64,000 bases of DNA, from IMG/VR virus record IMGVR_UViG_3300035182_001315; one strand, written 5' to 3'. The position numbers and the translations under genes were made by a program. Shown piece by piece: positions 57,142 to 64,000 of the stretch (the stretch's first letter is position 1; each line of letters begins with the position of its first letter). This stretch comes from a virus (taxonomy: Duplodnaviria > Caudoviricetes). The notes under the pieces are model-generated. The model did no database searches, was not told where the DNA came from, and saw only the letters and a program-made list of their open reading frames with translations.

Positions 57142-57151
57142 AATAAATATG
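57142..57151 (-). promoter_or_regulatory. Putative late promoter CATATTTATT
   Basis: TATTTAT ends 4 nt before the terminase ATG. Confidence 0.6.
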
Positions 57152-57202
57152 TTGAAAGCAGTTTAAAGGCTGATTTTGTGCTTTTTGGAGACCTTACACA
57201 AA

Positions 57203-57226
57203 AAAACCACTCAGGCGAGTGGTTTT
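57203..57226 (-). terminator. Rho-independent terminator
   Basis: AAAACCACTC-AGGC-GAGTGGTTTT. Confidence 0.85.
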
Positions 57227-57233
57227 AATTTTA

Positions 57234-58448
57234 TTACATAAATGGTTCAATTTCGTCTTCATCGTTGTTCGTATCGATACCCAGTTCGTTAAGGGCATTT
57301 CCGAATTCTTCTTCCTGTAAGTCACGTCTCACATCGTTAACAATTGTCTTGATGTATTTCTTGCCTTCTACGGTACCGGCAAGAATTTCCTTCATTACCT
57401 TGTGGAATTCCTTCGCAGGTAAAGCAGCCAATTCAGAATATACATGGTGCTTCAAATCAAAGTCATCCGCATCAATCGCATCAGCAAATTGTTCCCAGAT
57501 AGCTGGGCCCATTCTCATATCCCATGGCTCAGCGGCAAGGAAATCAGCCTTATTTATAACATATTCAGCAATTTTCTTTTTCTTTGGCAATCCATGAGCG
57601 GAAAGCAATTCCATTACACCCTTTACGATTTCGTGAACCAATACTGGGAAAACCATAGCCTGAGCATAGATAATCGCCTTTGGATTCTTCGCAGATGGGA
57701 ATTCAACCTTCACAACACCACCACTAACACCATTGTCCATCTTTGGAATAATGTAGTACATGTAATCAGCAGCAGCCATCATCTTGGCATATTTGTTTGG
57801 AAGCTTAGGGTCAAGGTCGCCCAATTCCTCAGCAACCATATGGAACATGTGATTACATTTCTTTGCGGCACCCTGAGTCATTGCATTAAGCAATCTTCTC
57901 TTATAAACTTCAGCGTTTGTATTTTCGATTTCTTCGTGGTTCTCAAACTCCATTCCTTCAACCGGCATTGGCTTAGGATTCTTTTTGGTACCTTCAATAG
58001 AGATGTGCGGAGTCAATTCAGCGATGATTTCAACAGCGTCTGGGCTGATATCATATTCTTTACGAATCATTTCAACCGCCAACTTTTCAAGCTCAGCCTT
58101 GTGCTTTGATTCCAATGCGATGGTTTCGAAAACCAATGGCATCATTTGTTGCTTAACTTCTTCATTACTGATGTTGTTTACATCAAAGGCTCTTTTGTAT
58201 CTCTTAGCAACTTCACTGAAACGCTTACCCATAATCTTTTGGGTAAAAGAATCTTCATCACCTTCTGGAAATGCAGGGTGCTTACCCAGCGAGTGCTTAT
58301 CGTCTCTCAACTCGTCTTCGAGTTGTGGGTGCATCCTTTCAGACATGTTCTCTGGGTAGACAACAGCTTCGTTCAATGGTGTTCCACCATTACCACCCTT
58401 GGTTGCGTTTAGTAATGCTTTTTTAGCTATTTGATTGTAGTCCGGCAT
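57234..58448 (-). CDS. Hypothetical helical protein, putative head-associated
   Basis: N-terminal PLNE motif; late operon. Confidence 0.7.
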   Translation of the reverse strand: MPDYNQIAKKALLNATKGGNGGTPLNEAVVYPENMSERMHPQLEDELRDDKHSLGKHPAFPEGDEDSFTQKIMGKRFSEVAKRYKRAFDVNNISNEEVKQQMMPLVFETIALESKHKAELEKLAVEMIRKEYDISPDAVEIIAELTPHISIEGTKKNPKPMPVEGMEFENHEEIENTNAEVYKRRLLNAMTQGAAKKCNHMFHMVAEELGDLDPKLPNKYAKMMAAADYMYYIIPKMDNGVSGGVVKVEFPSAKNPKAIIYAQAMVFPVLVHEIVKGVMELLSAHGLPKKKKIAEYVINKADFLAAEPWDMRMGPAIWEQFADAIDADDFDLKHHVYSELAALPAKEFHKVMKEILAGTVEGKKYIKTIVNDVRRDLQEEEFGNALNELGIDTNNDEDEIEPFM

Positions 58449-58452
58449 AATT

Positions 58453-59556
58453 TTATTTTAAATCTTTAACTTTGATATTTTTGATTATATTCTTTCCTTC
58501 AGTTACCGTAGAACTTGTACTAACAGATGTTGAGCTACTTGAAGCGTCATTGCTGGTTGTGCTTGAAGAATTGGTTTGTGCGTTCCTGATTCCAATAGTA
58601 ATCTTTTGTAACTGAGAACTTGGAACACCAATTAGCTGAGCAAAATCAATAATAACCTGAGCCTGTGCAACCTGATTGTTCTTGATGTTTGTAATAACTT
58701 CCTTTGGAATCTTTTGCTGAATCAAACCCATAAGCTTCTGTGAGCTTGCAACAATGGTTGGGTCAACCGGCGTATCTTCCTTCATCATTCCCTTCTTACC
58801 AAACAATACTTCATCCAAATACTTCTTGAATTCCTTTATCCCCATATATTGTTCGTCTTCAGTCATGCTTGCCTTCGCCAAATCAGAAACACCCTTGAAC
58901 TTTCTTGCTTTGCCTTTCTTTCTGTTTACGATGAAATGCTTGAAGCCTTGGTAAGCCTTAAAATCCTGTCCAAATTCTGGTGATACATTTGCTTGTCCTT
59001 TATCTTCAGCTTCTTCCATACCATGGCCAGCATCTTGTGTTACTGGTACCGGCGCATCGGTTGGGTTTTCAGCAGGAACTTCCTGTTGAGCTGGTTGTTC
59101 TTGTTGTCCCTTCGCTGGGCCAGCGATGGTATCTTCGAAAGTCTTCATATCGTAAACTACAGGGCCATCTTCAGTTTCTGGTTCGTCATGCGAATATACA
59201 CCTAAAACCTTTTGGTTGTCTGGTGTCATTGCACGGCACATTTGATAAGTTTTGCTATTGATGGTGAAAGGCTGGGAGATTTGACTTGTTTTAGCGTCCT
59301 TGACGTTTGAAACGTAAATCAATCTTACCGGCTCTTGACCAACGGTAGCTGTATCTTCATCAATAACATTTACCTGAGCACCTTTCATTCCAGCTATATT
59401 TTTCTGAAGGGTAGGGTCAGACAAATCCTTCTTCTTGATGTTGATGGATGTCTTGCCGTTGCCGCCAGATGAAGCCTGAGATGATGCTGTTGAAGATGAG
59501 GTATCGCTTGATGATTGATACGACATGTCTTCTTTTATGTTATTGTTGTTTTTCAT
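58453..59556 (-). CDS. Hypothetical low-complexity protein, putative internal head protein
   Basis: IKE/MKE/VTE motifs; Ser-rich ends. Confidence 0.65.
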   Translation of the reverse strand: MKNNNNIKEDMSYQSSSDTSSSTASSQASSGGNGKTSINIKKKDLSDPTLQKNIAGMKGAQVNVIDEDTATVGQEPVRLIYVSNVKDAKTSQISQPFTINSKTYQMCRAMTPDNQKVLGVYSHDEPETEDGPVVYDMKTFEDTIAGPAKGQQEQPAQQEVPAENPTDAPVPVTQDAGHGMEEAEDKGQANVSPEFGQDFKAYQGFKHFIVNRKKGKARKFKGVSDLAKASMTEDEQYMGIKEFKKYLDEVLFGKKGMMKEDTPVDPTIVASSQKLMGLIQQKIPKEVITNIKNNQVAQAQVIIDFAQLIGVPSSQLQKITIGIRNAQTNSSSTTSNDASSSSTSVSTSSTVTEGKNIIKNIKVKDLK

Positions 59557-59968
59557 ATTTATTGGTATTGAATTCCAGTGTTAGGTCTTTTTCATACAGC
59601 TTGTCTTTTATGTCTTTGGCAAGTTCTCCAAACTTGAAGCAAAGCCTCTTGGTTGGGTATGTATCATATGCGTCGATGTATTCCCAAGCCAAAGCGATAA
59701 CGCCATCAACCGCATCCCAAACAGCGAACGAATCACTGTTTTGAACGACATCCAGCTTCAGCTCTGACTTTAACATCCCAACGCTCTTAATAAATATGTC
59801 GTGCGGCGGATGTGGTCGGCCAGATGCCGGATAAGTATCCCACTCATCACCATCAATGTCCTCAGTTATATCAGAAAAGATGAATTCATAAAGGTAATTT
59901 CCCTTATAATCTTTCCCAACCAAGTTCACATATATCAGGTACAATTCCTTCATTATTGGATATAGCAA
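59540..59968 (-). CDS. Hypothetical protein
   Basis: ORF in late operon. Confidence 0.65.
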   Translation of the reverse strand: MLYPIMKELYLIYVNLVGKDYKGNYLYEFIFSDITEDIDGDEWDTYPASGRPHPPHDIFIKSVGMLKSELKLDVVQNSDSFAVWDAVDGVIALAWEYIDAYDTYPTKRLCFKFGELAKDIKDKLYEKDLTLEFNTNKYEKQQ

Positions 59969-61375
59969 TTTAACTCGTACTTAGAACCCATGCCATAAAT
60001 CTGCATGTGTAATTGCTTTTTAGACAATTTATTGCTTTTCCATAAAGGAATAGAATAACGGTTTGATTTACCGGCATCAGGCTTAGATGGGCCAGCACCA
60101 ATAATATCATCCCAATCATTCATATCGATTCTGTAGCCTTGGTCTTCAGCATATTTTTTACCAGCGTATGTAGCATTTGCAAATATCTCATGGTAAAGTG
60201 GATAGTCGTATTTTGCCTCATCCAAAGCTTTAGGGTCAGGTCTAACTCCCGGTGTCACAACTGGCTGAAATGGTTTATCCCTTCTGCTTGGTTTGCTTGG
60301 AGCAGGAGTACTTGGTTTTGTTGTTGGAGCCGTTTTTGGCTTTTCTGGTGCAGGTGCTGGCATTTCTTCTTGATTAAAAGATTCCTTTAAAATTGATTTG
60401 ATACTCTCTTTATCTGCGAAGATACAAGTATTTTCTTCAATTGGCAAGTTTTCTTCTGTTTCTTCAGCTGCTTCCAACATATCATTAGACCCCAGCTGGA
60501 ACATGTTGTTCTTCTTTGGGTTATCTAAAAAAAATTGGCCTTCTTGCACCGATGGTTTTTCTACACCATATTCCTTAAGCTTAGCGAAAATCTCTTGAAG
60601 GTCTTCGTAATCAATTTCATCCTTAAGGTCATTCAAGAATTCGTTACGGTTTACCTTGCTGCTAAAAGACACAAGGCGAGTAAGAACCTGCTTAATTTGG
60701 TCAGAACCGTTATCGTAAATCTTAACAAGTTGTTGAGCGTTGTTATCGTTAAGTGACATTTCGTTCATAGCACCTTCTCCGCCTGCTGCTGGAGCTTCTG
60801 CGCCTGCTGCTGGAGCTTCTGCGGCAGCTGCTGGGGATTCGCCTGTTGGTGCTTCAGCATCAGCGCCCGGAGCCTGAGAATCGTCCACATCATCACCCTT
60901 ATCTTCATCACCCTTGTCGTCCTTGGTTTCAGCGTTGGCTGTACCAGCGGTTTCAACCTTCTTGATAATATCTGATTGGTCTTCAGCGTCCATGGTGCCG
61001 GTGTGGGATGCTGATAACAATGAGTTAATAGCAAACTTTTCCAGTTCCAAATCAGGTTGGCCTTGGGTTTCGTTGTATTTTCTTAGGGATTGTCCTAACT
61101 TACCAGTAAGTTGTTCGATGAATTTCTTTGGGTCAGATTCTTCGCTCGCTTCAACACCGGCATCAAATGGCTGGTCGTCGAAAGGCTTATCGTTACCACC
61201 GGCTGGAGCTTCACCAGTAGCTGGTGCTGTAGCATCCAATCCCAAATCAGGGGCTGCATCAGCAGCTGGGGCCGGTTCTTGAGCTGGAGCAGGGGCAGGG
61301 GTAGGGGCAGGAGTTTCACTGCCCAGCTTCAACTTGTATTTTACTTCGTTTACTTTAGGGAGTAAACTTTTTTTT
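59953..61375 (-). CDS. Acidic Pro/Ala-rich protein, probably the -1-frame C-terminal extension of 61350..62048 (fusion about 698 aa)
   Basis: Frame opens at the A9 tract; no nearby ATG; the track start is only a TTG at 61332. Confidence 0.6.
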
Positions 61376-61383
61376 TATTTTTT
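61348..61383 (-). promoter_or_regulatory. Candidate programmed -1 frameshift/slippage site A6-T-A9-G with adjacent 7-bp hairpin
   Basis: AAT AAA AAA AAA GTT; GTTTACT-CCCTAA-AGTAAAC. Confidence 0.6.
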
Positions 61384-62048
61384 CCAGAAACAACATCATC
61401 TACGATGTTATCCATTTCAGCCAAAGAAGTCTTGATTGACAAACGCCCTTCAACAACCGGAGCCTTACCATCATTATCTTCAACTTCCAACATGTCATCA
61501 ACAGCCTGTTCAACTTCAGAAAGTTCAACATCATGTCCTTCCATATCCATATCTTCGCTTTCTGAAATCATGTTACCACACTCAGAGCATTTGCCTTCGT
61601 TGATTGGTGCATGACAGCATTCGCTTTCATTAACGCTTTCGTTTGTAGCAAAACCTTCACCAAAAGCAACATTCTCAGAAAGATTGTCGTTTTCGAATAC
61701 GTTGATTTGACCAGACTTGCCCAAAGCTTCGTTTAAGCTATTGAACTTAAGGTTCAAGAACTTGATAGCCTTAGCGTAAGAAGGGTGAGCATGAGACTTC
61801 TTGTTCTGAAGTCCGCCGATGTATTTGAAATCCTCAGAAAGGATGTTATCCTTCTTATCAGTAACCTTGATGTAATACTCGTGGTTTTCACGAACAATAC
61901 CATAAACGTTACCGTCTGGACCTACCTTGGTAAGCTCAACAGTTGAGGTTGAATGATTCTTGTTAAGAGTAGTAATACCCATTAACTCCTTCATACGTTC
62001 GTTAATTTCTTGGCCTTTTAAACCAACTGGACTGATTCTATCTTTCAT
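61350..62048 (-). CDS. Putative prohead core/internal protein (short, 0-frame product)
   Basis: Many xxE motifs; CC...CSEC; late motif upstream. Confidence 0.7.
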   Translation of the reverse strand: MKDRISPVGLKGQEINERMKELMGITTLNKNHSTSTVELTKVGPDGNVYGIVRENHEYYIKVTDKKDNILSEDFKYIGGLQNKKSHAHPSYAKAIKFLNLKFNSLNEALGKSGQINVFENDNLSENVAFGEGFATNESVNESECCHAPINEGKCSECGNMISESEDMDMEGHDVELSEVEQAVDDMLEVEDNDGKAPVVEGRLSIKTSLAEMDNIVDDVVSGKNKKKVYSLK

Positions 62049-62066
62049 AAAAGTGTTTTATTTTAA

Positions 62067-62076
62067 TATAAATATG
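62067..62076 (-). promoter_or_regulatory. Putative late promoter CATATTTATA
   Basis: Upstream of ATG 62048. Confidence 0.65.
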
Positions 62077-62079
62077 TCG

Positions 62080-62337
62080 TTATGCGGTGTAAGAACCACC
62101 AATGATGCTGGAATCCTGTCGATTATCGATGGTTTCACCCAAAAGTACACAACCAGTTGCAGCTGTGATGGTTTTAACCTTAATCTTTATTGATGAGCCA
62201 GCACCCATTGTAACCGTTACACCGTTGATAACTGGGGTAGCAGCAGCACCACAATAAATTTCAGTATATGTATGTGCAGTGAAGTTTGGAGCAGTAGCGT
62301 CAACAACCAGCGAGTGAATATCATTTAATAATGGCAT
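62080..62337 (-). CDS. Small beta-rich virion protein candidate
   Basis: Own late motif; Thr/Gly/Val-rich. Confidence 0.6.
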   Translation of the reverse strand: MPLLNDIHSLVVDATAPNFTAHTYTEIYCGAAATPVINGVTVTMGAGSSIKIKVKTITAATGCVLLGETIDNRQDSSIIGGSYTA

Positions 62338-62350
62338 AGCTTAATTTTAT

Positions 62351-62360
62351 TATAAATATT
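62351..62360 (-). promoter_or_regulatory. Putative late promoter AATATTTATA
   Basis: Upstream of ATG 62337, after a terminator. Confidence 0.65.
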
Positions 62361-62380
62361 CAAAAAAACCAGAAAAAATG

Positions 62381-62406
62381 AAAAAAGGCTCCAAAACGGA
62401 GCCTTT
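62381..62406 (-). terminator. Rho-independent terminator
   Basis: AAAGGCTCC-AAAAC-GGAGCCTTT. Confidence 0.85.
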
Positions 62407-62431
62407 CTTTAAACTTATGTTCTGTAAAAGC

Positions 62432-63163
62432 TTACGCTACTACATACTTGATGCCATCAATAACCAACCATTTGATTTCGTTGATGTTAACCTTTCTCAG
62501 GTTCTTGCCCTTTCCTTCTGGGTCTTCGATGTCCATGTCTATAACATCGTAGAAACCGTTGGTAGAGGCGAACTGTACCTTGTAACCTCTTAAAACTCTT
62601 TCTTCACCCTTCTCGATTTCGTTGATTGGGTTTTCCTGTACGAACTTGAATGCATCCTGCATGGTTACGTCACCGGCAGAAATCTTAGCCAAAGCGTCAG
62701 CAATTTGCTTGTCTTTAGCTGCGTTGAATGCTTTCTTGGTAAGAGCCTTGCCCTTCTTGTCGAAACATACTGAGAAAACCTTGGTAGTGTGGATGTCAGA
62801 CCAAATGCTTCTGATACCCTTAAGCTTAAGGTCGCCTTCTCTTAATTCGCCGATGTCTTCACCCTTCTTCTTCAAATCCTCAAGTTGCTTGGCTGTCCAG
62901 AACTTGTCATCAACTCCAACCTCGACTTCAGCTGTTTCGTCGTAAAGGTCCGCTGTTGTAAGTAATTCTGAAACATAATGGCCGTCAAGCTGAATGACCT
63001 TGCCAGATTCTAAATGCTTGAACTCATAAGCCTTGCCGTTTAATCCTAAGAAAACGTAATGGCTTTCTTCGCTGAATACGAAGCCTGCTTCGATTGACTT
63101 CAGGTCAATTGGTAATTTTGTTGCTGTTGTTTGTGCTTTCGCTTGGGTTGTTGTTGTTCTCAT
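62432..63163 (-). CDS. Hypothetical protein
   Basis: ORF downstream of the vWA gene. Confidence 0.7.
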   Translation of the reverse strand: MRTTTTQAKAQTTATKLPIDLKSIEAGFVFSEESHYVFLGLNGKAYEFKHLESGKVIQLDGHYVSELLTTADLYDETAEVEVGVDDKFWTAKQLEDLKKKGEDIGELREGDLKLKGIRSIWSDIHTTKVFSVCFDKKGKALTKKAFNAAKDKQIADALAKISAGDVTMQDAFKFVQENPINEIEKGEERVLRGYKVQFASTNGFYDVIDMDIEDPEGKGKNLRKVNINEIKWLVIDGIKYVVA

Positions 63164-63192
63164 ATTAATTGTTGGTTTTTACGTGGGTTGGA

Positions 63193-63942
63193 TTATTTTG
63201 TTTCTTCCTCTTCAGTTCTTAAAAGAGTCTTTGTGTAGAATGCTTCTTTTACATCCTCACCCAAAGAAACTGACTTAGAATACATTGCTCTTGCTCTTAC
63301 AGTTGTGTCGAAAGCTGCCTTTACGGTTGATGCTGTGTTGGCATGAACCATCGTGTTGCTGGCCTTAAGGCTAAGCGTGTTGATAGCATAGTTAACTTCA
63401 GTCTGAGTACCTACGAATGTTGTAGTGAAGCCCTTATCTTCAAGGTCAAGAATTAACTTGCCAAGATAAGCAGCGCCGGGAGCACCCTTGTACTTGCCTT
63501 GTGATTCGTTTTCGCCACCATCAGTGAATACATTCACCAAGACTTTATCATCAACGCTGTAGTTGGTTGCACGTAAATCCAATACGGCTTCAAGTGTTTC
63601 ACCAACCGCTTGGTTTAATGGAGTCAAGCCGCCAGTACCCATACCCTTATAAGAAGAAGGGATAGTGCTGGTGATTGGAAGTCTTGTTACAATGTTGCGT
63701 CCTTCGAACTCAACAATCATAACTGTGTTTTCAGAGTCAGTGTCATTTTTAATTCCGTAAAGAAGCTCATTCAAACCGCCGATAGCAATACTGTATTTGC
63801 GATTAGAGTCCATAGACCCAGATGCGTCAATAATAAAGATGTTGTGAATACGTGGCTTTCTGCCGTTTGTAATGGTAGTAGTTGTAGTGGTAGTTGTTAC
63901 AATAGTGATGTTTGGGTTACGATTTACGATTACTTTTTTCAT
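63193..63942 (-). CDS. von Willebrand factor A (vWA) domain protein
   Basis: MIDAS DASGSM, GLTPL, VFTDGGEN. Confidence 0.9.
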   Translation of the reverse strand: MKKVIVNRNPNITIVTTTTTTTTITNGRKPRIHNIFIIDASGSMDSNRKYSIAIGGLNELLYGIKNDTDSENTVMIVEFEGRNIVTRLPITSTIPSSYKGMGTGGLTPLNQAVGETLEAVLDLRATNYSVDDKVLVNVFTDGGENESQGKYKGAPGAAYLGKLILDLEDKGFTTTFVGTQTEVNYAINTLSLKASNTMVHANTASTVKAAFDTTVRARAMYSKSVSLGEDVKEAFYTKTLLRTEEEETK

Positions 63943-63958
63943 GGTTATTGGATTTTGA

Positions 63959-63988
63959 TAAAGATACGAAATTAAATAAAAAAATCAA
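63959..63988 (-). promoter_or_regulatory. Host-type promoter TTGATT-N16-TATCTTTA
   Basis: Near-consensus TAnnTTTG upstream of the vWA gene. Confidence 0.5.
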
Positions 63989-64000
63989 GTCTTTTCATAA

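Noticed and set aside
57444-58109. 221-aa + strand ORF and the many other antisense/alternate-frame ORFs in the track
   Set aside because: They shadow long, motif-bearing genes, have no promoter or recognisable domains, and are expected from codon bias.
60783-60821. Direct repeat (AEAPAAG)x2 as a special element
   Set aside because: Ordinary low-complexity linker expansion in an Ala/Pro-rich protein.
1-64000. Stop-codon reassignment (code 15 or 4) as in some huge phages
   Set aside because: Conserved genes are full length in code 11, and TGA stops fall at ATGA gene overlaps.
1-64000. Giant eukaryotic virus (NCLDV) origin suggested by the glycan genes
   Set aside because: T4-type gp23/gp21/gp20/gp17, a sigma factor, bacterial promoters, terminators and operon overlaps indicate a tailed phage.
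1-64000. tRNA/rRNA genes, introns or inteins
   Set aside because: No cloverleaf, intron or intein motifs seen by eye; terminase and MCP are uninterrupted. tRNAscan/Infernal were not run.

Overview
A 64-kb segment of a large (jumbo/huge-type) T4-like dsDNA bacteriophage genome in the standard genetic code. Promoters matching the Bacteroidota TAnnTTTG (-7) element and the general absence of Shine-Dalgarno sequences suggest a Bacteroidota host. Layout: (1) 1-8986 (-), tail fibre/receptor-binding genes; (2) 9-11.4 kb (+), small late genes including a stand-alone WYL-like protein; (3) 11.5-34 kb (+), a large island of soluble glycan-synthesis genes: about 12 glycosyltransferases, 4 methyltransferases, a GDP-mannose 3,5-epimerase fused to a WavE-like domain, a UDP-GlcNAc 2-epimerase, and a nucleotidyltransferase-cupin-RuBisCO-like protein-methyltransferase-phosphodiesterase module, with dUTPase, an HD protein and PhoH interspersed; (4) a gp55-like late sigma factor, an HNH endonuclease and baseplate genes (34-41 kb); (5) a late glycosyltransferase + pyruvyltransferase pair and small accessory genes (41-46.8 kb); (6) the T4-type head module on the - strand (major capsid, scaffold, prohead protease, portal, terminase large subunit) followed by acidic putative prohead-core proteins. 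The strongest leads are the RuBisCO-like-protein sugar module inside a probable virion-glycosylation island, an A9-tract -1 frameshift that fuses two head-region ORFs, and a late-promoter motif (TATTTAT on the coding strand) that is the reverse complement of the T4 late promoter. All family assignments come from motifs read by eye; no database searches were run.
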